Source: a virus
Length of the DNA: 39,635 nt
Virus genome (UHGV): UHGV-0096888
Strand: one strand, 5' to 3'
Part shown: positions 7,653 through 17,461 of the stretch, one piece after another
Layout: the number at the start of each line of letters is the position of its first letter
Position numbering within the stretch: the first letter of the stretch is position 1
The notes under the pieces: generated by a model
Seen by the model: the letters and a program-made list of their open reading frames with translations, nothing else
What the model was told of the DNA's origin: nothing
The model's database searches: none
Program-made: the position numbers and the translations under genes

Positions 7653-9474
7653 AATTTTTTACGAAATATTTGAGATTGAGGATAATATCGAGCGGACCCA
7701 GTACATAGAGTCTCTTCGTAATACGGCCAGACAGTTGAAAAGGGTGACCGAGTTTAACAACCTGTATAAATCCTTCGTTCTTGACTATGCACAGCGCCAG
7801 AAACAGACTGGAAACAAGACCCAGTTTACGGATCAGCCACTGGAGCTGATATGCGGTGAGTGGACTGCAAATGATCTGGGAGTCAGGACGATCCGGTATG
7901 ATAAAAATGCCATGCCGGTTCCATTCCAGGCGTGCAGCCATCCGATCCTGCCCGTCGAGATTCTTAAGAATGTTGATACAGCGGAGGAGCGGATCACGCT
8001 GGCATACTTTAAATCAGCTGCCTGGCAAACCATTACTGTAGATCGAAGTGTCTGCGCAAATACGAATAAGATTGTGGATGCGCTAAGTCAGTTTGGTATT
8101 GAGGTTACATCGGATAATGCAAAGAATATGGTCCGATATATTTCAGACTGCGTGGGGCTGAATCCATTAACACTGAATCCTAAAAAATCCATTAATCGTC
8201 TGGGCTGGGTGGGGAATTCCTTCACTCCGTATGCAGATGATATCCGGTATGAGGGCGATATGGATTACGAGGCGATTTTCAGGAACGTAAAAGAGGCTGG
8301 CAGTTTTGAGACCTGGCTGAATCTTTGTGCCGGCCTTCGGAAAAATGTTCCTCTTCGTATGATGATGGCGGCCAGCTTTGCTTCTGTGCTTCTGGAACCG
8401 CTGAAGGTATTGCCATTTGTTCTGCATGTCTGGGGGACGACCGGGACCTGCAAGACTGTGGCTCTTATGGTATCCATGAGCATCTGGGGGAACCCGAAGA
8501 TGGGCGGCTTGGTTAAAACCATGAACATGACCCGTAATGCTATTATGCGGAATGCAGCATTTTTGTGCAGCATTCCATTCGCCGGTGATGAGCTGCAGAC
8601 GATCAAAGATAAATGGCAGGGGAACTTTGACCAGCTGATCTATCAGATAACGGAGGGGGTGGATCGGGGACGGGCGCGGGCCTATGGAGGAGTAGAAGAA
8701 ACCAGGACCTGGAAGAACAGTTTTCTGTTTACCGGAGAGGAGCCAGTTACAAAAGCAAACTCCGGAGGCGGAAGCAAGAACCGCGTTATAGAGATCGCGA
8801 TTGACGGACCGCTGGTGGAAGACGGTCACTATGTCAGCAGCATTGTTCAGGAAAACTATGGATTTGCCGGCCGGAAACTGGTTGAATACATTCAGGAAGC
8901 GGAAGAGGGGGCACTTACAGAGAGATACCGGGAGCTGTTTGAACAACTATGCCATCTGGATACGACTGACAAGCAGGCGATGGCAATGGCCTGTATTCTA
9001 CTGGCTGATGAACTGGCGGCAGAGTTGTTCTTCCCAAAGGAGCAGCCGTTGGGGATCTGGCAGGTAAGCCAATACCTGCAGAGCGCACTGGAGGTTGATG
9101 TCGCTGAACGCGCTTACCAGTCCGTGCTCAACTGGGCAGCAAAGAATCCGGTACGGTTTGAAGATCCAAAAGCAGACAATTCCCCTAATAAAGGGGAAGT
9201 ATGGGGGAAGATTGATGGAGAAATTCTGATTTTAAACCGGGATGTGCTGCTTGGTTATCTGGAACAGAATGGATTTGATTATACCGCGGTCAGCAGGAAG
9301 TGGAATGATAAAGGGTATTTGAAAAAGACGCCTCAAAGTAAGTTTATACACAATACAAAAGTTTATGGAATTAAGTCAAGTTATATCAAACTTATCCTGC
9401 CGCAGGATGATGATAATACAGATCGAGATGGATTTATAGTGCCTGATGGACAAGAAACACTGCCGTTTGATTAG
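7582..9474 (+). CDS. DUF927-domain replicative helicase
   Basis: Walker A GTTGTCKT, Walker B FAGDELQ, GRAR...W...FTGE motifs; immediately upstream of iteron region. Confidence 0.85.
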   Translation: MEKSKDELLTGISALKPTEPFPDEIFYEIFEIEDNIERTQYIESLRNTARQLKRVTEFNNLYKSFVLDYAQRQKQTGNKTQFTDQPLELICGEWTANDLGVRTIRYDKNAMPVPFQACSHPILPVEILKNVDTAEERITLAYFKSAAWQTITVDRSVCANTNKIVDALSQFGIEVTSDNAKNMVRYISDCVGLNPLTLNPKKSINRLGWVGNSFTPYADDIRYEGDMDYEAIFRNVKEAGSFETWLNLCAGLRKNVPLRMMMAASFASVLLEPLKVLPFVLHVWGTTGTCKTVALMVSMSIWGNPKMGGLVKTMNMTRNAIMRNAAFLCSIPFAGDELQTIKDKWQGNFDQLIYQITEGVDRGRARAYGGVEETRTWKNSFLFTGEEPVTKANSGGGSKNRVIEIAIDGPLVEDGHYVSSIVQENYGFAGRKLVEYIQEAEEGALTERYRELFEQLCHLDTTDKQAMAMACILLADELAAELFFPKEQPLGIWQVSQYLQSALEVDVAERAYQSVLNWAAKNPVRFEDPKADNSPNKGEVWGKIDGEILILNRDVLLGYLEQNGFDYTAVSRKWNDKGYLKKTPQSKFIHNTKVYGIKSSYIKLILPQDDDNTDRDGFIVPDGQETLPFD

Positions 9475-9483
9475 TGGAGAGGA

Positions 9484-9771
9484 GTCCAACCATAAAATTT
9501 TAGGTTGGACCATAGGTTGGACCATGAAACCCGCATAAAATAAGGCTTTTTAATATAGAGTCCAACCAGTCCAACTAGTCCAACCAGTTTTATATATCTC
9601 GTGACGCGAGAAAAAAGTTTGTAGAAAATTTAACACATATAGTTTGCTCTAAAAATATATAGATATGCAACCGGATTTTAGGTTGGACGGTTGGACCATA
9701 CGTAAAATCAAGGGGTTGCGGATACTTATCGGAACAAAACCTGGTTGGACGGACCAGAAAAATGGTTGGAC
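9484..9771. repeat. Putative replication origin: ~10 GGTTGGAC/GTCCAACC iterons around an AT-rich core
   Basis: Copies at 9484, 9503, 9515, 9560, 9569, 9578, 9681, 9689, 9743 and 9764 in both orientations. Confidence 0.8.
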
Positions 9772-9794
9772 TGGGGAGAATAAGGAGGATAATT

Positions 9795-10007
9795 TTGATC
9801 AAAAAATTGGAAATGCTGGGCTTCCTTCTGGAAGATGCCGACAATGAGGCGAAGAAGATAAACGAATTCAAAGATGCGCTGGAATCCGGAGATGAAAAGC
9901 GATTATGGAACGCGGAGAGGCCGAACCGCCAGAGGATAAAAGACGATTTAAAGATGATGCGCCGGCTGTCCATTGAGGTAGAGAAGGAGGCAGAAAAGCT
10001 ATGGTAA
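9795..10007 (+). CDS. Hypothetical protein
   Basis: TTG start after AAGGAGG. Confidence 0.7.
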   Translation: MIKKLEMLGFLLEDADNEAKKINEFKDALESGDEKRLWNAERPNRQRIKDDLKMMRRLSIEVEKEAEKLW

Positions 10008-10432
10008 GTAATAAAACGGCAGGCTCCAGGTTCGAAAAGGAGTTTGCGGGGATCCTGGCGGATCACTGGTTCTGGGTTCATCTCTTCCAGGATAACAAAA
10101 ATGGCCAGCCCTGTGATGTAATTGCGGTGAAGAATGGCCGGGCCTATCTAATCGACTGTAAGGACTGCCAGTCAGAGATATTTCCTCTCAGCCGGATCGA
10201 GGAAAACCAGATCAATGCAATGATCCTGTTCAGCATGATGGGGAATGTCCCCGGAATGTTCGCAATCCGGTTCCCTGATCGCCAGATATATCTCCTGCAG
10301 TACACGAAGCTGCGGGAACTGCAGGAAGCTGGTTTTAAACGGATCAATGAAACAGTATGCAGAACCCAGGGAATGCCCCTGGAGCAATGGCTGGAATGGA
10401 GTGACAGAGATGCAGGTGATAATCGGGAGTGA
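10001..10432 (+). CDS. PD-(D/E)XK nuclease, Holliday junction resolvase-like
   Basis: G..FE...PCDVIAVKNGRAYLIDCK motif. Confidence 0.8.
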   Translation: MVSNKTAGSRFEKEFAGILADHWFWVHLFQDNKNGQPCDVIAVKNGRAYLIDCKDCQSEIFPLSRIEENQINAMILFSMMGNVPGMFAIRFPDRQIYLLQYTKLRELQEAGFKRINETVCRTQGMPLEQWLEWSDRDAGDNRE

Positions 10433-11792
10433 GATCAGGATTAAGGACGCCCCAAAGATCTTGCAGAACTGGTGTGGTGAGAATCTGGTGATCCCGAATC
10501 CAGAGTATGCGAACCGGGCCCGCCGGGGATTATGGACAGGTAACACGCCGCAGCATCTATGGCTGTATTGGGTTGATGGCAGCGATCTGGTGTTACCGGT
10601 TGGAGTCGGAAAAGAGATAAGGGCACTGCTCCCTGCTGAGTGTGAATACATCACCGATCTGGCTGACAATGGAGAGCTGCAGTATGCCGGGAATATTTCA
10701 CTGTATGATTACCAGACGCCGGCAGTGGAGGCAATGTGGAAAGCAAGCTGCGGAATCCTGCAGAGCCCGTGTGGCTCCGGTAAGACACAGATGGGAATTG
10801 CTCTGGCGGCTTCCCTTGGGCGGAAGACGCTCTGGATTACACACACTCAGGATCTGTTGAAACAATCTTATGACCGGGCGGCCCAGTACTTCCTCCGGGA
10901 GACTCTGGGGACCATTACGGCTGGTAAGGTCAGTATAGGAAGCCATATAACCTTTGCCACAGTACAGACGCTTTGTAAGCTGGATCTGGCTCAGTACAGG
11001 TACATGTGGGACGTTATAATCGTAGATGAGTGCCATCGGCTGGCCGGAACACCGACGCAGATGACAATGTTCTATAAGGTCATGAACAGCCTGGCGGCGC
11101 GGCATAAGTATGGACTGTCAGCTACGGTACATCGGTCTGACGGCCTGATCCGCAGTACCTTCGCAGTATTAGGACCGGTAATCTACCGGGTGCCGGACGA
11201 GGCGGTAGCAGACAAGACCATGCAGGTTAGGATCCTGAAGAGAGATACTGACATCGTTACTGCGCGGGAATGCCTGGACACGGATGGGACGCTGGAGTAC
11301 AGCAGGCTGATGCAGTATCTGACTGGAAAACGGGACCGAAGCCAGCTGATCGTGGAGGATCTGGTACATAACCAGAAACACTATAACCTGATATTGTCGG
11401 ACCGGTTGGAGCATCTCAGGACATTGATGCAGATGCTGCCGGAGGAATGCCGGGAAACAGCAGTAATGATTGATGGCAGCATGACGAGTAAAAAGGACCG
11501 GTGCGCCAGGGAACGGGCGATCGAGGATATGCGGTCAGGGAAGAAGCATTACCTGTTTGCCAGTTACAGTCTGGCGAAGGAAGGACTTGATATCCCGCGT
11601 CTGGACCGGCTGTACATGACAACACCGAAGAAAGACTATGCAGTGGTAACACAGAGTGTCGGCCGGATTGCGAGGGTGGCAGACGGGAAGAAAGATGCAG
11701 TCTGTTATGACTATGTTGACGATATCCAGTTCTGCGAGAACCAGTGGAAGCGGCGCCGGGCACATTACAGAAAGGCAGGGTGCAGATTATGA
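10410..11792 (+). CDS. Superfamily 2 (DEAD/DEAH-box) helicase
   Basis: SPCGSGKT, DECH, GLSAT, EGLDIP and QSVGRIAR motifs. Confidence 0.92.
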   Translation: MQVIIGSEIRIKDAPKILQNWCGENLVIPNPEYANRARRGLWTGNTPQHLWLYWVDGSDLVLPVGVGKEIRALLPAECEYITDLADNGELQYAGNISLYDYQTPAVEAMWKASCGILQSPCGSGKTQMGIALAASLGRKTLWITHTQDLLKQSYDRAAQYFLRETLGTITAGKVSIGSHITFATVQTLCKLDLAQYRYMWDVIIVDECHRLAGTPTQMTMFYKVMNSLAARHKYGLSATVHRSDGLIRSTFAVLGPVIYRVPDEAVADKTMQVRILKRDTDIVTARECLDTDGTLEYSRLMQYLTGKRDRSQLIVEDLVHNQKHYNLILSDRLEHLRTLMQMLPEECRETAVMIDGSMTSKKDRCARERAIEDMRSGKKHYLFASYSLAKEGLDIPRLDRLYMTTPKKDYAVVTQSVGRIARVADGKKDAVCYDYVDDIQFCENQWKRRRAHYRKAGCRL

Positions 11793-12007
11793 GCAAGCGG
11801 GATGAAGAAAGCGCGGCGATGGTAAAAGGCGTCTTCTGCGAAGCATATAAGTTTTACTTAAAATACCATAGCCGGCCAATGGAGCCGGGAATGTGGCAGG
11901 AGGCTACAGATGATTTCGCTGCGATCATGAAGAGGTGTGGTGCCACTTCTATATGTGGACGGATTATGCTTGCAACGTTTTCGCAGCTGGAAGAAGAGAA
12001 AAGATAG
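11789..12007 (+). CDS. Hypothetical protein
   Basis: ATGA overlap with helicase stop. Confidence 0.65.
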   Translation: MSKRDEESAAMVKGVFCEAYKFYLKYHSRPMEPGMWQEATDDFAAIMKRCGATSICGRIMLATFSQLEEEKR

Positions 12008-12019
12008 GGGAAAAAGATT

Positions 12020-12268
12020 ATGGCAGTTAAGAATACACTGACAGATTTGAATAATCACCTGTTTGCCGAGATGGAACGGCTGGGAGATGAGGAATTAAAA
12101 GGTGAAGAACTGGACAAGGAAATAGAACGGGCGAAGGCGATCACCTGTGTTGCATCGCAGATCATAGCAAACGGGTCCCTGGCATTAAGGGCAGAACAGT
12201 TTAAGAGCGATGTGATTTCAGCAAAGGAAGCACAGGTTCCAGCTTTTTTGGAGGCGAGAAGTGATTGA
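12020..12268 (+). CDS. Conserved phage protein typically paired with an HNH gene
   Basis: KNTLTDLNNHLFAEMERL...EIERAKAI motif. Confidence 0.75.
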   Translation: MAVKNTLTDLNNHLFAEMERLGDEELKGEELDKEIERAKAITCVASQIIANGSLALRAEQFKSDVISAKEAQVPAFLEARSD

Positions 12269-12810
12269 GAAGAGAATACAAGGACGACGAGATCGCCTTC
12301 CTGAAGGAGATTTCGCCTGGAAAGACATATGCAGCAATAGCAGATGCGTTTAATGCCAGGTTCAGGGATAGAGATTATGTAATGCCCCGTCAGGTGAAGG
12401 ATGCTATGAAATATCGGAAGATTCCATATAGTGGGAATTCAGAAACTGTAGCCCGCCATGTGCCTGTTGGTTCGGTGGAGGTATTACTGTACGGAACAAA
12501 TAAAAATGGAGAACGGTATAAATATGAAATGGTGAAAGTAGCAGAGCCAAATGTCTGGAAAAGGAAAAGCCTGTTGGAATGGGAGAAACATCACGGTCCG
12601 CTTCCGGAAGGGAAAATGATTATATTTCTGGATGGCAACACGCTAAACTCAGATATTGAAAATCTTTATGCAGTCAGTACGAGAGTACATTTCCGGCTCA
12701 ATAAATATAGAGTTATGAAACCGAATCGGGAATATATGCTGGCTGCCATTAAGATAGCCGAGATTGAGGATTCTATAAATCAGCTTAAGAAGAAAAGGAA
12801 AAATAGATAA
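12265..12810 (+). CDS. HNH endonuclease-family protein
   Basis: WEKHHGPLPEGKMIIFLDGNTLNSDIENL HNH_3-like motif. Confidence 0.8.
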   Translation: MRREYKDDEIAFLKEISPGKTYAAIADAFNARFRDRDYVMPRQVKDAMKYRKIPYSGNSETVARHVPVGSVEVLLYGTNKNGERYKYEMVKVAEPNVWKRKSLLEWEKHHGPLPEGKMIIFLDGNTLNSDIENLYAVSTRVHFRLNKYRVMKPNREYMLAAIKIAEIEDSINQLKKKRKNR

Positions 12811-12863
12811 AAATAAGCAGAGTGTTATATTGTCTAATTTAAAGTTTTCGGAAGGAGACAGCA

Positions 12864-13046
12864 ATGACGGTAAGGGAATTAATCGAACTGCTGAAAAAAG
12901 CGCCGCCAGACGATATTGTCCTGGCAGATATAGGGCAGGAAGAAAGTGCAGATATATCGGGGATGTTGACAGCATCTGATGTGTTAATAGGGAACGGGAC
13001 AATCCGGGGGATAACATACCTGAAAATAGAACCATACGAAACTTAG
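12864..13046 (+). CDS. Small hypothetical protein (accessory cassette 1)
   Basis: MTVRELIELLKKAPPD; RBS AAGGAG. Confidence 0.75.
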   Translation: MTVRELIELLKKAPPDDIVLADIGQEESADISGMLTASDVLIGNGTIRGITYLKIEPYET

Positions 13047-13056
13047 GATTTAGTGA

Positions 13057-13248
13057 ATGAACAGTTTGCAAATAAATAGCCAAAAGTAAACAGAGCATAC
13101 TTTCATTATTGACCTACCAATTGAATCTTTTGATGAAATATCTGAACCTATGATGACGATAGAGGAATCGGACGAATTTATCAAAGACTTTTTACGAGAT
13201 AAACTTGAAACGATGGTTGATGAGATTTTATGCGTAAACACCGTGTAA
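13057..13248 (+). pseudogene. Degenerate small ORF (accessory cassette 2)
   Basis: MNSLQINSQK*TEHTFIIDLPIESFDEISEPM...EILCVNTV*: a single in-frame stop, no good RBS. Confidence 0.4.
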
Positions 13249-13281
13249 TTAAGATTTCCGGGAGAACAGAAAGGAAACGTT

Positions 13282-13608
13282 ATGGAGAGATTAACGAAAA
13301 TTTGTTCTGATGGCACACACCGGGCGGCAGATAACTTGCCTTGTGGTGAGAACAGTTGGGATTATAAGGCATTATTACTTGAACGTTTGGGAACATATGA
13401 AGATACCAACCTGGAGCCGGAGGAAATCATTTTATTTAAGAGGGATTATGAAAAACGTACCTGTACAGGGTGCTGGCTAAAAGACGAAAAAGCAATGGCG
13501 AAAAAGATTAATGAGTTAAAAGACTTACTGGAATTAGCGGCAGAAGAACTTGAAAATTTATACGAGCGAGAAACAGAACTTACAGAGCGGATTAGAGAGG
13601 TGGTTTAA
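13282..13608 (+). CDS. Hypothetical phage protein (accessory cassette 3)
   Basis: MERLT...LLERLGTYEDTNLEPEEI motif, common in clostridial phages; RBS AAAGGA. Confidence 0.75.
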   Translation: MERLTKICSDGTHRAADNLPCGENSWDYKALLLERLGTYEDTNLEPEEIILFKRDYEKRTCTGCWLKDEKAMAKKINELKDLLELAAEELENLYERETELTERIREVV

Positions 13609-13786
13609 TTCGCTAAACTGATATTTCCCGAACGAAAGGAGGCGGTTTATTGAGCCTTATGCATTTAACTTGATAAATTGTTAAATAGTATATGAGGAGT
13701 TGCATATATATTAATTGCCTGCGATTAGATGTTTGGAGATTTATGTATATTGTAACTCAAAGAAAAATAGTACAAAAGGATACGAA

Positions 13787-13818
13787 AAAGAGTCACCCAC
13801 CCGTGGCTCTTTTCTTTT
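13787..13818. terminator. Intrinsic terminator at the early/late boundary
   Basis: AAAAGAGTCAC-loop-GTGGCTCTTTTCTTTT. Confidence 0.7.
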
Positions 13819-13851
13819 ACCCAAAAACGAAACGAATGAGAGGTGGTGGTG

Positions 13852-14601
13852 ATGGCAAGGCCGAGAAGCCCAAACCGGGATAAAGCCTGCGAATTATGGC
13901 TGGAGAGCGGAAAGAAACGTCCACTGAAAGATATAGCGGCGGAGCTGAAAGTATCAGAAGAGCAGATCCGCAAGTGGAAGAATCAGGATAAGTGGGATAA
14001 AGTAACGTTACCTAATGCAAAAAGTAACGTTACCAATCGTAAAGGCGGGCAGCCGGGGAATAAGAACGCTGTCGGCCACGGCGGTACCGGACCGCCAGGG
14101 AATAAAAATGCTGTCACTACGGGAGAGTTTGAAACTCTCTTTTTTGATACCCTGGAAGACGACGAGAGGCAGCTGATCGGCATGATCCAGCCAGATAAAG
14201 AGAAACTGCTTCTTCAAGAGATCCAGCTCCTGACAGTCCGGGAGCGCCGGATGCTGAAACGAATTGAAGATTTGCGGGACTGCGATTTCACGACAGTTAA
14301 AAAGAAAAAGGGAACAGAAAAAGATAAATGGACAGATTTAAAAGAGGATCAGGCAGTCCTGGGGCAGATCCAGTCCATTGAAGATGCATTGACCCGTGTC
14401 CAGGGCCGAAAGCAACGAGCAATTGAGTCCCTACATAAATTCGGTTTTGATGATGCACGCCTGGAAATTGAACTTATGAAGGTGGAACTGGCAACTCTGA
14501 AAATCGGAGGCCAGGAAGCAGGGCAGGAAGATGATGGGTTCCTGGCAGCACTGAATACAGAAGCCGAAAGTCTGTGGGAGGCAGGAGCCGATGACAATTA
14601 A
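13852..14601 (+). CDS. terS: Terminase small subunit
   Basis: MARPRSPNRDKA N-terminal HTH, GGQPGNKNA repeats; upstream of TerL. Confidence 0.9.
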   Translation: MARPRSPNRDKACELWLESGKKRPLKDIAAELKVSEEQIRKWKNQDKWDKVTLPNAKSNVTNRKGGQPGNKNAVGHGGTGPPGNKNAVTTGEFETLFFDTLEDDERQLIGMIQPDKEKLLLQEIQLLTVRERRMLKRIEDLRDCDFTTVKKKKGTEKDKWTDLKEDQAVLGQIQSIEDALTRVQGRKQRAIESLHKFGFDDARLEIELMKVELATLKIGGQEAGQEDDGFLAALNTEAESLWEAGADDN

Positions 14602-16030
14602 AGAGCATATTGCCAGTATGAAGGAGAAACTGGCTCGGCTGAAAGAAAAGCGGGGAATTCTCACAAAAGTACAGACTTTCAAGTTCCAGCCATTTTCACA
14701 GAGGCAGAAACAGATTCTTACCTGGTGGCTGCCCGAAAGCCCGGTGAAGGATTATGATGGCATTATTGCCGATGGTGCTATCCGATCAGGTAAAACCATC
14801 TGTATGTCTCTGTCATTTGTCTTCTGGGCGATGAGTGCATATAACGGTCAGAACTTTGCCATGTGCGGCAAGACCATTGGCTCCTTCCGGCGTAACGTTC
14901 TCTTTTGGCTGAAACTGATGCTAAAAAGTCGTGGATATCGGGTATCAGATCATCGGGCTGATAATCTGGTGGAAATCAGCCGCGGCCAGATAACGAACTA
15001 CTTTTATATCTTTGGTGGCAAGGATGAGCGCAGCCAGGACCTGATTCAGGGTATCACACTGGCCGGCCTCTTCTGCGATGAGGTGGCCCTGATGCCGGAG
15101 TCCTTTGTCAACCAGGCAACCGGCCGGTGTTCGGTTACTGGTTCGAAGTACTGGTTTAACTGCAATCCGGACGGCCCATATCACTGGTTCAAGGTCAACT
15201 GGATTGATAAGGCCATCGGTTATCTTGGTAAGGAAAAAGTGGCAAAAATCCGGGAAGACGCAGCTAAGACAGGGGCTGATCCGGCGCTCAAGAAACTGCT
15301 GTATGTCCATTTTACGATGGATGACAATCTGAGTTTATCGGAGGAGATTAAGGCCAGATACCGCAGTATGTATACCGGGGTATTCTTCAAGCGGTATATC
15401 ATGGGCCTGTGGGCAATGGCCGAGGGCATTATCTATGATATGTTCGACCCTGCCCGAAATGCAACGGACGCAGAAGCGCTGGCGGTGTCCTATAAGGCAA
15501 AGACAGGACATGATTTCTGGACAGATGAGCGGTACGTCAGCTGCGATTACGGAACCCAGAACCCTACGGCCTTCTTGTTGTGGAATAAGGCTGCCGATAA
15601 GAAATGGTACTGCCGGCGGGAATATTACTACTCAGGCCGCGACAAAGGGAGGCAGAAGACGGATAAGGAGTTCTCCGATGACCTGACAGCCTGGCTTGAC
15701 GGTATTGCAATTAAGGCAGTTATTCTGGATCCGGCAGCTGCCAGCTTTAAGGCTCAGCTGGAGAAGGACGGTTATAAAGTAAAAAAAGCAAAAAATGATG
15801 TTTTGGACGGAATCCGGTTCGTGGCCACGCTGCTGCTTCAGGGTTCCATTTTTATTGATTCCTCCTGTGACAACCTGATTAAGGAATTTGCTTCCTACAT
15901 CTGGGATGCGAAAGCCGGAGAGCGCGGAGAGGATAAACCAGTAAAGGAACACGACCATGCATTAGATGCTCTGCGGTATTTCTGCATGAGCATAATTAAG
16001 AATCGAACAGGAATCCGAATTATGAAATAG
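14591..16030 (+). CDS. terL: Terminase large subunit, PBSX family
   Basis: DGAIRSGKT, CDEVALMP, NCNP, DYGTQNP and DHALDALRY motifs. Confidence 0.95.
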   Translation: MTIKEHIASMKEKLARLKEKRGILTKVQTFKFQPFSQRQKQILTWWLPESPVKDYDGIIADGAIRSGKTICMSLSFVFWAMSAYNGQNFAMCGKTIGSFRRNVLFWLKLMLKSRGYRVSDHRADNLVEISRGQITNYFYIFGGKDERSQDLIQGITLAGLFCDEVALMPESFVNQATGRCSVTGSKYWFNCNPDGPYHWFKVNWIDKAIGYLGKEKVAKIREDAAKTGADPALKKLLYVHFTMDDNLSLSEEIKARYRSMYTGVFFKRYIMGLWAMAEGIIYDMFDPARNATDAEALAVSYKAKTGHDFWTDERYVSCDYGTQNPTAFLLWNKAADKKWYCRREYYYSGRDKGRQKTDKEFSDDLTAWLDGIAIKAVILDPAAASFKAQLEKDGYKVKKAKNDVLDGIRFVATLLLQGSIFIDSSCDNLIKEFASYIWDAKAGERGEDKPVKEHDHALDALRYFCMSIIKNRTGIRIMK

Positions 16031-16032
16031 AG

Positions 16033-17461
16033 GTGAGAGAAATGGAAATGGAAGTTGTAAAAAAACTGATTAAGAAGTATACGGCGGGGCATGGTGCTTT
16101 TCTTGCCGAGGCCGATACTGCGGACCGGTATTATCGGAACCAGACGGATATCTTACTGGAGCCGCCTAAGAAAAGAGAAACAGAGCAAGGAGAGAACCCG
16201 CTGCGGAATGCAGATAACAGGATCCCACTCAACTTCCACGGCCTCCTGGTCAATCAGAAAGCGTCCTATATGTTTACAGCGCCGCCTCTGTTCGATCTGG
16301 GCGATAAGGCATCTAATAAAGCATTGACGGCGTTCCTGGGGGATAAGTATGCTAAGACTTGCAAGGATCTCTGTGTAGAGGCTTCCAACGCTTCTGTGGC
16401 ATGGCTGCACCTATGGAAGGACAAAGCGAGCGGGCAGTATAAGTATGCCATAGTGCCATCAGGACAGGTAATTCCAGTGTGGAGTAATAATCTGGAGAGA
16501 GAGCTTAAAGGAGTATTACGCTGCTATCACGATATCACAGACGACGGGCAAGAACTGGACGTCTACGAATACTGGAATGATACGATCTGTCAGGCGTACG
16601 CAATTGAAGCTGGGGGCGTAATTGACACCGGGCTGATGCCATACAATTCGTTTACACTGATCGATACGGCAGGAAACAGCAACCTTGTCAACGAGTTCAA
16701 GCATGATGTCGGTGAGGTTCCTTTCTTCCCGTTTTTTAATAACAACACCGATACCGGCGATCTGGACAATATCAAGCCGCTAATCGACGTGTACTGCAAG
16801 GTGTTCAGCGGTTTCGTTAATGACTTGGAGGATATCCAGGAAGTTATTTTCGTGCTGACCAACTACGGCGGCGACGATCTGGGGCAGTTCCTCCGGGAAC
16901 TGAAGGACTACAAAGCAATTCAGATCGAGAATGAAGGCGGGGAGGACAAGTCGGGAGTTTCCACCCTAACGATTGAGCTGCCGGTGGAGGCCCGCAAGGA
17001 GCTGCTGGCTACGACCCGGAAATGTATTTTTGAACAGGGGCAGGGCATTGATCCGGATCCGCAGAATTTTGGAAACAGCTCTGGGCTTTTTATATTCCCT
17101 CCTGGAGCTTAAATCAGGCCTGACGGAGACAGAATTTAAACTGGGCTTTGGCCGGTTTATCCGGTGCGTCTGCCGGTTACTGAATATCAAGATCAAAGAC
17201 GACACAATCGTTCAGACATGGACACGTACCAGTGTCAAGAATGATCTGGAACTCTCCCAAATTGCCCAGCAGTCGAAGGGGGTGATTTCCGATGAGACCA
17301 TCGTGTCAAAGCACCCGTGGGTCGAGGATCCGGAAAAAGAAATGGATATCCTCAACAAGCAGAAGGAAGTAGAAACAGAGGCCCAGCGGGAGATCTCCGA
17401 GATGTTCCCTCCTGCGGATCCGGACGAAAAGGACCCAGGCGGCAAGGGCGGTGATGAGTAA
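16033..17461 (+). pseudogene. SPP1-type portal protein, frameshifted near 17078 (ORFs 16033-17112 and 16973-17461)
   Basis: Portal motifs (NFHGLLVNQKASY, GEVPFFPFFNN, FGNSSG) continue in the +1 frame as ALGFLYSLLELK...SDETIVSKHPWVEDP. Confidence 0.85.

Noticed and set aside
8167..8946. 259-aa minus-strand ORF (and similar ones at 19063-19659 and 19941-20711)
   Set aside because: Shadow frames opposite well-supported helicase, scaffold and capsid genes
9484..9771. Possible CRISPR-like array
   Set aside because: Repeats are only 8 bp, irregularly spaced and in both orientations; no cas genes; better explained as iterons
13692..13883. 63-aa + strand ORF before terS
   Set aside because: No RBS, runs through a terminator and overlaps terS out of frame
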